Below are positions 18,201 to 25,000 of a DNA stretch of 64,000 bases, in pieces. A model generated the notes under the pieces. The model was not told the DNA's origin. It made no database searches and saw only the letters and a program-made list of their open reading frames with translations. The stretch is from an uncultured Pseudomonadales bacterium (lineage in GTDB: Bacteria; Patescibacteriota; Microgenomatia; UBA1400; MFAQ01). How positions within the stretch are numbered: the first letter of the stretch is position 1; each line of letters begins with the position of its first letter. The stretch is from assembly GCA_964586045.1 (NCBI GenBank), contig CAZPFY010000001.1, forward strand, positions 154 to 64,153. The letters are read 5' to 3'. The position numbers and the translations under genes are program-made.

Positions 18201-19608
18201 TGACTTTGGGGATGAGATTTTCGAGAGCTACAAAGCGTTTGGCTTGAGCATCCTGTTTGATTTGGTCGTTAGTTATTTGTTTGAGAATATCTGTTCGTTC
18301 AAAGTTGCGAAGACAATCGGTTTCACCTTTTTTGCAGACACCGGCAGCGACGGCCATATCACTACTTGTTTTGTTTGGGTCGGCGTAGATATTGGCGAAG
18401 AAAATATTATTGATTTGGTCCTGGCGAGCCTTTACTACTTGCTTGTAATAATTTGGATCGGTATCTTTTAGGGCGATGGTGTCGAGATACATTTGAGGTT
18501 TGAAAGTATTTTCGCAAGCGATGTTGCTTTTGCAGTATTCTTTTTTTAGTTCGGCATCAGTTTTGGTGAGAAATTTGTCAGTAACCAATTTGATAGTGGC
18601 AATTTGAGTTTGTTGTTCTCGTAAAGATTTTTTGAAACTTGTGACCTCGATGTCTTCGAAACCAGCATTTTTGAGGTAATCTTCGCGTTGAAACTCTTTG
18701 AGGCAGATATCTTTTCCGGAAGATTTGCTGCAGGCTTCTTTGGCGAGAGTGGCGGTGCTAATATTTAAATCAAAAAATTTACTAAATGATCTCTGTTGGG
18801 CGTCGATTTTTTGGACAGTTTTTTCGAGACTTTCGGGAGGATAGCCAAGGGCTTGGAGCTTGCCCTTGATGTCGGCTTTGGTTTGGATTTCGGTATCGGT
18901 AATGATTGATCTGGTTAGATCGTTGATAAAAGTTTGATTGGCTTGTTCGGTGATATTTTTTTCATATTCGAGGGGGATGTTGTTGAGAGATATTAAGGCC
19001 TTGCCTGCGTCGGCGAGGGTTTTTGTTTGGCAGTCGAGGTTGGTTCCACATGCAGCATACTGTGTTGTGAGATTAGTTTGGGTAAGAATTTCGGAGGAGG
19101 TGAGATTTGCGACTCGGGTTTGAACACTGTTGACGTATTCGACGGCGGCTTTTTTGGTGTCGGGTAAATTGACTACGTATCTTTTGCCGTTTTGACAATA
19201 TGTGCCGGAAACAAAACCGCCACATTCTTTATCGGTGTCGTAACCATATTCACCTTTTTTGGGAACGTAACCAAAGCGATAGGCAGCAATAGGGGTGGGA
19301 GTTACGATAATCTTTTGTTGGGTTGGGGAAGGTGATGTTGTTGGAGAGACTGAGTTTTTTGTTGCGCTAGTGGCAGGATTGTTTTTATCAGCTTTTTTGG
19401 TGGGGGTGGCAGTAGTTTTTGGTGGTGTTGCTTTTTTAACGGGGACAGCTCTATCTTCTGGTACAGTCATGGCGTAGGGGGTGCTACCTGGAGCATTGGG
19501 GGTTATGCCTTTGGTGTCTGAAATTTTTTGGGAAACATAAAAAGATGTGCCTGCGACACCGGAGATAAAAACAACAGCTAAAATGGCTCGTAAAAAGCGA
19601 GTTTGCAC
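9271..19608 (-). CDS. giant (3445 aa) envelope protein with Cys-rich N-region, internal duplicated modules, FHA-like domain, TM segment and C-terminal Cys/His (CHAP/NlpC-like) module
   Basis: Uninterrupted 10.3-kb ORF with a GTG start and an N-terminal signal anchor. Paired-Cys motifs fill the first ~1000 aa. Gly/Ala hydrophobic segments lie at about aa 1050-1110. Duplicated modules are present (ILSTEKATGKITYL.. / ILKIDQDTGEVTYT..). An FHA-like stretch is FNIGRYTKADDSNNPYQAIHDIEVSRNP...VSINGQRI. A TM helix (IVRVTIISAVSSLSLIFFLPW) sits near aa 3170. The C-terminal domain carries QCLMWAYSTG...GDKHTGAIV. Confidence 0.85.
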   Translation of the reverse strand: MQTRFLRAILAVVFISGVAGTSFYVSQKISDTKGITPNAPGSTPYAMTVPEDRAVPVKKATPPKTTATPTKKADKNNPATSATKNSVSPTTSPSPTQQKIIVTPTPIAAYRFGYVPKKGEYGYDTDKECGGFVSGTYCQNGKRYVVNLPDTKKAAVEYVNSVQTRVANLTSSEILTQTNLTTQYAACGTNLDCQTKTLADAGKALISLNNIPLEYEKNITEQANQTFINDLTRSIITDTEIQTKADIKGKLQALGYPPESLEKTVQKIDAQQRSFSKFFDLNISTATLAKEACSKSSGKDICLKEFQREDYLKNAGFEDIEVTSFKKSLREQQTQIATIKLVTDKFLTKTDAELKKEYCKSNIACENTFKPQMYLDTIALKDTDPNYYKQVVKARQDQINNIFFANIYADPNKTSSDMAVAAGVCKKGETDCLRNFERTDILKQITNDQIKQDAQAKRFVALENLIPKVIPNFKEGKQVSGINNNVKNEVVLLDQAITQATWAYLKDKMPNCDATCLLSKQSIEQRDAYALKFREDISKDFTVYQTYSDKYNKNPKAFADIQKASAYKVGQDMNPIILSLSNKLTQEQTIKGLSDNGKPVKWENADTKYQNLAIKKACEINKGLDSLCQKALSTVGGGASSNDYIKARKNALTELTKIVSQNSDTYLAEVFNDQIQKDALPDAFQSNIATIDNAAVSDEARKKAVNSAEAHDRLQFFDPKYGFGNMSGTSISVPASVRNQLEANKPLTEQQKTNLANEMLDRYYVTETYTRGTGVVGAVGTAILATALCAELGPGALACGAIGGTAAAISNLVPVLGTATAQEIEAERQGIAKVVGNDKAATLIQAIYSNQGAACDTAEGVKIGASCTTKDNQFANYQAITNTYQQYNADLNAVVNNSEITAQASMQTLINEQFDALQKENQRQAVINLAIAPVMGAISAGTGSYVANLKLPNPTTLLQKAGVTGINLASSLGNSLIGGTQADYQFKSTVGFIDTQSEIELTSCERKNGIGSGACKEIAQTVTKENNDAAKSNLIMAIVFDQAVDKAINFTSFAITKATNLATNNSTNSPTGTTHKSLDNTTDSILYNQVPGLTEKLASLGISEDILFNRKIPTQTTDDITLANLIKSKTIDTTTNNSRNFRETASNLENLTRSPTADSSIVRAVITYRDLSDANFRAKLIERGFSNSDLEIAAKIRESGSDQLLTNALEERGIANERIAKELLSDPNDESENRIATVDEMRYSDEIDFINAESKKIVAGAKNAISEENLQPKPDATPPIPTTPTAPPTLTKSQKNRLAEMFVGELDEINVKTYTNDEDRMIAIENLTSKYEKYTLKFEKPIGTKPGNPKPLGYNNLTIALVKIKNVFLSPGTPESSYNSLVTLGQTTNTTQPQNRFLKLLSDIWYGRIGGESGGVGDKINPNYPMTKVFGGLGIIQNPVYSTKNIRKMELAFGATKTELAEIIKDLGVAEMTNLSAAANRMSDPTIVILSTEKATGKITYLTKRYSEILGKDISGTMIIAGDQPDAIFIKKVLESGAKVEGLTPDMIKRENPPNHNFSFITEANLKGKDPVTQVPGIFFNDTAYRSPRSLDPESLKTASTPNSKLPVATELSENQIIGISMAAERYHYEAVENLDAFRSHLKKLAFNDQEVDIALKLSFDQEYILSLQKQARNDTDVKNLTIEAINQIPQTEKKLAEIAAANPTRLEAVLKNIYSKFSITTDTTKIVDTPFIKSPADSSPANTKRNVTIAQATEKYHQKLTSEPLYTYRLLQDEGFTPAEIETVRMLSKDPNYISEITKTQNIFNEVEADFSNPKNGYSEADIATAKSQIQEQTDKQISGLTSLATKRYLNRNQNDSGNTIANTNNPRNLEIAKIVEERNGIASENESFFTETLKNNFNDEEIKIIRALSLDQNYLSEMARYHRDLDTAQRDFISKANSPLDNTDVIELATTVFESKVDELTSRAIVRARERGQIDPNDTNPSTGLYTDNKSVRDRLDLSSQQVLEKVRGMREKSLMTFLGADKRITDKNVTILKIDQDTGEVTYTLKHRSNLISPLTTTEMLIPANQPDTIIIKIASDNGIDIINKSVAEVINLIDQKNPKLIDLQKIINQSNLIADINDFPGYPGNKNYKNNPTTKSQNWFLKTLSKIWKGELIRESGGVKIGSESTKDFVAVAGGLIYVPKDAINSPAHTTRSIGMQVAEFLNENISKAIPLRDLNVRTQTQPSPSTQTATKYIFDNRNEKTEYLIIDNLVKEFNLSRTEAERIVAENYYTQNPNSTNNTPTSLESITGLSSKVLPPADSPTRDYLQKFIDKYNDPNTSATDKADLAAIIKEQANIYLQKSIPDPKAANTRVNSAEELARLANTSAPKNAATYQSPEQITNNKTFEAMIAFREKYGHNPNAEELTNYLAEKKTSSLSTPSVPLRSSRTAPATDATTTTTNTNDKGVIILAREILTGRTETRQSTSSIIPLENGKSFNIGRYTKADDSNNPYQAIHDIEVSRNPITLTKESDGSILVSIPKANNNSTVSINGQRIRAGGQASAQAGDYIILSKNTKLYFSPDGNPYQINSALQPRKLFKSNKTTTSLSKPTGNVAIYPGDEYRVGGTKQGTIPPSKINGQQVYIALTSTNDNLQLRTPRVIYSLEEGPNYLPAFESLPRGAFVEFGHLDANGKFTPITDTNYTKMIMYYTDLQNYNIVHTVPSIIDDIKSQIKIISRQKLTPKVKTETTESTPTPTSPISELPKAITSTEKQTFVKLKTEHPQEYFKKIVADDTYLPTKFVEIDGKKFYISDSFNSITPRGSNYEMVIIYTTLPNGTYVARVAWKSGADGSWKVTPGTFGNTFSKGRDIHYTQETKPHHLINEALVANSKSGKTHTGNFVTDFIPADGIPHPSNTYTKEVIGHTDIPGLENVEYFRPGTYSPEYDAYYNRDYSKTDFTATFRNFKYPDGFIPDFTKQPIRRYAINDSILGKIEIEIHQGVLEGRTVEWAMASTATGEKVWIDSIYYPDSKITSYGTRAEVIDSGALTNKPLEFKQQAMYLKEGTEKNSFSTQLDDITPLLNNLEPIRMYRDSLITRSKNVESISAPDTIPLTKTKNIGKTAGEIVRVTIISAVSSLSLIFFLPWMDSQLYTTAAPITPTPTEIITTTPTPTIQPTITPTPTEIITTTPTPRYNYSEADSIYPNNTELNKDLQGHGVLLNPQSFDPNSTDPTIVQLQKITYIAKIVREYDGILYNDSEHVTAFNNYMEKNLQGIISSSDYKKYYQNYIGLTFGLKEREIVQCLMWAYSTGIYSSRNGEKPLYPDYNVSKGNQAIVYPSDQLTNPDFLRNVDIVENPKPSNFQKGDYFTNNGDKHTGAIVETYILNNKWYAVVTEANSVKETGDNKPLGNPYVYIVDEDGFKALVGQEGTKLIRNKNQDTFAPQTDSQIPQDIKNAITAINNAK
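10090..10195. repeat. direct 46-bp repeat (two copies, 60-bp period) inside the giant gene, encoding ITPTPTEIITTTPTP twice
   Basis: GGTGTGGGGGTAGTGGTGATAATTTCGGTGGGGGTAGGTGTAATTG occurs at 10090-10135 and 10150-10195. Confidence 0.8.
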
Positions 19609-19663
19609 AATTTCATTTAAGCATTTTGTTGACTATATTAGAAGAGGTATTTATGATGAATAT

Positions 19664-20332
19664 ATGGAAAACACAAAGAAGTATGTTTATGGATTTTTGG
19701 GAGTAGTGATTTTATTTTTTGTTTGGAGACATATTACAAATCCTTTGGTAGTTACTGTTTCGGGTAGTGGAAAAGTTGCGGTGCCGGCTACTGAGGCTTT
19801 GGTGGCGGCGACGGTGGTAGAAACGGCTGATTCGGTGGACTTGGTGGAGAAAAATTTGAAAACAAAAATCGGAGCTGTCCGCCTAGCGATGGTAAACGGG
19901 GGAGTGGATGAAAAAAGTTTGAGTCAATCCCAGGTTACGATAACGCCTTTGGCGGCGGTTGTTAGCGGAGCAAAAGGATACTCGGCCACAGTACAGGTTT
20001 CGGGACAATCGAAAGATGTAGCCAACCTTAATATTTTAATTGTTAAGGTTTACCAAGCTGGAGCCTCTATTGTTTCTCAACCTGTGGTGCAAGTAAGCAA
20101 TCAACAAGAACTCGAAAATTCTGCTTTAAAAATGGCTCTGGTGGAAGCAGATAAAAATGCCAAGTACTTGGCCAAGTTAAAATGGAAAATGTTTAAAAAG
20201 GTTGTTTCGGTGCAACAGGCTTCTTCGGGGAACACCTCGACTTCGACAAAGATTTCGTCGGATAACAATGGAGTTGTTGGTTCTAGCTTTGAAGTGGCTA
20301 AGGCGGTGTCGGTGGTCTATTATCTTTGGTAA
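19664..20332 (+). CDS. SIMPL-domain (DUF541, BP26/YggE-like) protein
   Basis: Start set at MENTKKYVYGFLGVVILFF to avoid overlap with the giant gene. An N-terminal TM is followed by a body with the SIMPL pattern (VVTVSGSGKV..., YSATVQVSG..., ALKMALVEADKNAKYLAKL). Confidence 0.55.
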   Translation: MENTKKYVYGFLGVVILFFVWRHITNPLVVTVSGSGKVAVPATEALVAATVVETADSVDLVEKNLKTKIGAVRLAMVNGGVDEKSLSQSQVTITPLAAVVSGAKGYSATVQVSGQSKDVANLNILIVKVYQAGASIVSQPVVQVSNQQELENSALKMALVEADKNAKYLAKLKWKMFKKVVSVQQASSGNTSTSTKISSDNNGVVGSSFEVAKAVSVVYYLW

Positions 20333-20368
20333 AACCCGGGGATCTGCCTTTGATGTTAAAATACTCCC

Positions 20369-21397
20369 ATGATAGATTTTGTAAAAGTATCGATAAGATC
20401 GGGAAAAGGGGGTAATGGCTCGGTGAGTTTTCGTCGGGAAAGATTTATTCCTAAAGGTGGACCAGACGGTGGAGATGGGAGTAAGGGCGGAGATGTTTAT
20501 GTAGAGACAGATGCCAATTTAAATACCCTAGATGTCTTTAATCACAACCAAAAACTGTGGGCGGATAATGGTCAGAACGGAAGAGGAAAAAAGATGTTTG
20601 GATTGAAGGGAAAGGACCTTGTTATCAAGGTTCCTGTTGGTACGGTTTTGAGAATGAAACCACAGATATCAGTTGACAGATCTCAGATCATAGATGGGGA
20701 AACCCTTGCATTGGAAGAGAAAATTTTGGATTTTGATAAGCTGGGGATGAAGGTTTTGGTAGCAAAAGGTGGTAAGGGGGGGAGAGGTAATGTTCACTTT
20801 AAAAGTGCTAGAAATACGACCCCGGTAACGGCTGAGGATGGTGGGCCAAGTGAGAGCTTTGAGGTAGAGATGGAACTAAAGCTGTTGGCAGATGTGGGTT
20901 TGGTGGGCTTGCCTAACGTGGGGAAGTCGACCTTGCTTTCGGCTTTGTCTAACGCTAGACCAAAAGTGGCAGATTATGAATTTACGACTTTGGAGCCAAA
21001 TTTGGGGGTGATGAAAGTTGGAGAAAAATCTTTGGTGATAGCTGACATTCCAGGAATAATTGAAGGGGCAAGTGAAGGAAAGGGTTTGGGGATTCAATTT
21101 TTGAAACACATAGAAAGAACAAAATTGCTTGTTCATTTGGTTTCTGTTTTTGAAAAAAGCCCCGAAGAGGCCTATGGAGATTATGTGGCAATAAGAAGGG
21201 AATTGGAAAGTTTTGGAGAAATATTGATAGACAAGCAAGAAATAGTGGTTTTGAGTAAAATTGATTTGGTCGAGGAAATAAAACTAAAAGAAATGATTGG
21301 TTACTTTAAGAAAAAGAAGGTGTCTGTTTCTGCTTTATCGGTGGCGAATGGAAAAGGTGTTGCAGAGCTAAAAACTAGAATGCTCGACATTCGTTGA
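20369..21397 (+). CDS. obg: GTPase Obg (ObgE/CgtA)
   Basis: The Obg fold N-terminus is MIDFVKVSIRSGKGGNGSVSFRRERFIPKGGPDGGDGSKGGDV. The G domain is ADVGLVGLPNVGKSTLLSALS...DIPGIIEGA. Confidence 0.95.
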   Translation: MIDFVKVSIRSGKGGNGSVSFRRERFIPKGGPDGGDGSKGGDVYVETDANLNTLDVFNHNQKLWADNGQNGRGKKMFGLKGKDLVIKVPVGTVLRMKPQISVDRSQIIDGETLALEEKILDFDKLGMKVLVAKGGKGGRGNVHFKSARNTTPVTAEDGGPSESFEVEMELKLLADVGLVGLPNVGKSTLLSALSNARPKVADYEFTTLEPNLGVMKVGEKSLVIADIPGIIEGASEGKGLGIQFLKHIERTKLLVHLVSVFEKSPEEAYGDYVAIRRELESFGEILIDKQEIVVLSKIDLVEEIKLKEMIGYFKKKKVSVSALSVANGKGVAELKTRMLDIR

Positions 21398-22016
21398 GAT
21401 AAACACCTCTTCGGTTTTTGAGGGTGCAGTCCGGGCAGGTGCTAGGAGGACAAAAACTTGGTCCACAGGTAGGAATGCTGTCCTGGGCAACAATAACACA
21501 AGCTCCGTTTTTGCAACCATAAGATACTTCGCAAAGCTGTTTACCACTACAACCTTTAACTAGGTCGATATAACTCATGTCGGTAGAAGAGACTGCAATG
21601 GTGTTTGGGCAGTAGTAGATATTGTTAGATTTTGGGTCGTTGGTCATTGATAGCGTTGTATATATGGCGTATTTTTGGGGACAACTGGAATCGATGGGGG
21701 TTGTGTAAACAGTATACGGTTCCTTTGTAGCAGGGTCGCATAAAACTTTGTCGAGATAAGGTTGTAGAGCGTTTGATCCGCATTGAGTAAGTACGCTTTT
21801 TTCGGGGTAGCAGCTATGATCGTTGTAGTAATTTTCAAGGGCGGTTTTTAGTTTTGCCAAATTGTCTCTTCGAACTGTATCGTGGCCGCGTAAAAATTGA
21901 GCATGAGGATTGAGACCTATTAATGAGGCAAGTCCCAAAATAACAATTAAGGTAACCACAACCAAAATTTCACCAAGAGTGAAGCCGTTGGGTGTTTTTG
22001 GTTTTGAGTTTTTCAT
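21375..22016 (-). CDS. type IV pilin-like protein (prepilin N-terminal cleavage/methylation domain)
   Basis: The N-terminus KPKTPNGFTLGEILVVVTLIVILGLASL matches the class III signal with G-F-T-L-x-E. The C-terminal half is Cys-rich. It overlaps the obg 3' end convergently by about 22 nt. Confidence 0.7.
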   Translation of the reverse strand: MKNSKPKTPNGFTLGEILVVVTLIVILGLASLIGLNPHAQFLRGHDTVRRDNLAKLKTALENYYNDHSCYPEKSVLTQCGSNALQPYLDKVLCDPATKEPYTVYTTPIDSSCPQKYAIYTTLSMTNDPKSNNIYYCPNTIAVSSTDMSYIDLVKGCSGKQLCEVSYGCKNGACVIVAQDSIPTCGPSFCPPSTCPDCTLKNRRGVYLNECRAF

Positions 22017-22045
22017 TTTATATTTTTATTGTATACATATTTAGT

Positions 22046-25000
22046 TTATTTGGTTTGGACCAGCCAGAAATTGAATGAGATTTCGTCTTCTATTGGTTGC
22101 GGAATGGCGATGGTGAAGCCAACATGGCTTTGTTTGGATTTTACGAATAAGACTTGATTGTTGGTGTCGGAAATTGGGGTGATGTAAACCAAAGTATCAT
22201 CGTTTATTTTGGAACTATTTATAAAAATTTCGGAAGAACCTGTTGCAATAGAGGCGGTGCCAATGGTGGAGTTGGAGGATGTTTGACCGGAGATAGTGGA
22301 GTCTAAATTATTTCCGGAAGCGATGACTAATCCGTAAGTGGTAAGCTTGTCAAAGTTAGCTGAACCAGAAGCGTCGACAGAGCCGACAACGTTACCATCC
22401 TGATTGAAAAGTGCTAGGATTTTTGCTGAATCGGTAGCGAGTTCACCTTTACCGACAGCGAGGGTGCCAGAGACAGTAGCGGTACGAGTGTCGAGGTTGT
22501 TGGCAAAAATATTTCCCGTAACGATTAAGTCTCCATCTACTACAATTTGACCATTGGGGTAGAGGGTCATGAGATTTGCAAGTAAGTGGACTGGTTTGTC
22601 CCCGCTTGGTTGGATAAAAAGATCGGTGCCGAAGGAGCTAATAGATTGGCTGAAGATGGAGCCGTTAGCCAGGATGTCGTTTGTGGTCAAAACTTCGATG
22701 TTTAAATTTTTAAATGCCATGTCGGTTGGCAAAGAAGCTGATTCGGTTGCCAGAGATGAAAGCTGAAGGGGATCGTTGGTTGGATTTGTTTCACTATCCA
22801 GGGCGCTAAAAAGACTGTCGTATTGGGAATATTTTTCTTGAATAGAGGCAAAAATTGATGAGGCGGTGGAATATTTTTCGTTTAAAACGTCAAGTTGAGC
22901 TTTTAGTTTGTCGATGGTTTCACTCTTTATATTGTTAGCGTACAAAGTTCCTGAGACGGTGGCGATATTAACCTTTAGCTGATCGATGTCGGCGATTGGA
23001 GTTATTAGTTTTTGTTGAACAGTAAGATTGTCGATTAACAAATTCATAACAATGTTGGAGCCGAGCTTGAGATTGTTAATAATTTCGCTAGCAATTGATG
23101 ATGAGCTAGTTGCATGGTTCTGATTTAATTTTAAAGATATTTGATTGGTAAGAATCGTAATCTCTTCGTTATTGAAGCTTGAAGAAAGAGAAGCGATTTT
23201 GGCATCTAAGCCTTCTATTTGGTTGGCGTAAATTTTGTCTGCGGTGATTGTGTTGGTGACAATACTGTTTGTATTTAATTCGTCAAAATTACCTTGCTTG
23301 GCAAAAACGGTAGAGGCCTTGATTTGTCCTTCTACTATGAGTAGGGGTTGGGTGTTGTCGGAAAGTAAGTTGGGAGAAATGGTTATAGAAGCAGTAGAGG
23401 CCATGGGAGTAAGGAAACTGGTTTCGATGGTGGGAGAAACTAGCTGATTGGTAGAGATTGAACCGGTGATGACTTTGGCAAAAGAGCCAACGGTGTTTAC
23501 AAATCTGCCTGCAGTTTCGTCGAATAGTTCGTTGGTGTTGGAAATTAGGCGATAAACCCGACTGCTAAAAGTGGTTGGGTTGGGGGCGATACCATTGTTA
23601 ATGTGAATGAGAACAACGCCTTTGCCAATGTTGGGAATCCAGTCTTCAAAGGCGGTACCAATTACTTTGTCGTTTGGCATAGCTTTGGTGGCAAAACCAG
23701 GAAGAGGTGAAGAAGTGAGGCTGTCGCCAGCTTTGATATCTTGTGAGGAAGGATCAATTTTTACAGGTATTCTTCCTGCCAAACCAAGAAGTCGGCGGTT
23801 TTCGGCGGTGATTCCTAGCTCTTGTCCTGCTTTAGTGGAAATTGCACCGACTAAATATTGATCATTCGGAGAGCTTGTTTTGCGAAGAATTGGCACTCCA
23901 AACGGATCAGTTTTTCCCGTAATAGCGACTAAATCGCCGGCTTCAATACTTGGATCTTCGACGGTGTACCACTCAGCGAGATCAGCTCCGTAGACAACGG
24001 CGTCTAATCTGATTTGAATTGTTTCTCCGGTTTTGTTGTAAAGGCGGACGGTGTTCATGTCGGTCTGAACAATTTTGAAACCATTGCTCCAATCGAGCTG
24101 AACACTGCGGAGAGTGGGATGGTAGGCCGGATTGGTAGTAGTGAGGATGGCACGATATTGGAAGTATTCGTTGGGGGTAGAGCTTACTGTGGAGCCATCG
24201 GCATTTGTTAAGTATCTGTCGGCGGTAATATTGTCGACGTATAAAGTAGTGTTTGTTGAAGGAAGGGAGATGCGAAGTTTGGTAACCGCGTTGCGATTGG
24301 TCGTATTGATGTCGGTGAGATCCCAGTAGATTTTTTGCCAAGTGTTGGCGGCTTGGATGTAGAAAGTTTTTTCTTGTTCGGTGCCGGTGGATTCGCCAAA
24401 ACCAAATTTGACAAGATTGCCGGAGCTAGTGGCGTAGACCCAAGCAGTGAGGTAGTCGTAGTTGGTAAGGTCTTTGGCGGTAACTGTAGTTTCGGAATAA
24501 CCATTGGGGCTGCCGACTGAAGAAAACTTGGTCATGTTGCCAACGGTTGCCTCATCTTCATCTTCGAAATAGTCTACGTTGCGAGCTACGCCACCATCTG
24601 CTCTGGTTAAGTCAACCATACCCCAGAGAGTGTCGGTGTTCATATCTATGACGTCGAGTTTGTTGGTATTTGCCACGACTGGTTTCCAAGCTTCCCAGGT
24701 GCCATCTATAGAATTGGCAGATTTTCCAGAGCGAGTTTGGAGCTCTATCATGCCGTAAGTGTCGAGGTCGGCAAGCCACTTGATTTTGTTGTAGCCCGTC
24801 GAGTTTGGAGTTGGCATTTCTTCGGAGATGTACATGGAGTAGTTGTAGGATGGGGTTTGGGCGACGGCTGCGGCCGGGCTGGTCGTTCCCGTTAGGGTAG
24901 AGGCGTAGTAAATGGCTACCCTGCCATCTCCACCACTACCCCCTTCGAAATTGGAAAGACCCGCTATTTGTGCACCGCCATTGCTACTGACAAGGCTGGA

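Noticed and set aside
19547-19663. Longer N-terminal extension of the SIMPL gene (track ORF starts at 19547)
   Set aside because: It would overlap the start of the giant gene on the other strand by about 60 nt. The internal start MENTKKY lies just before the predicted TM helix and removes the overlap.
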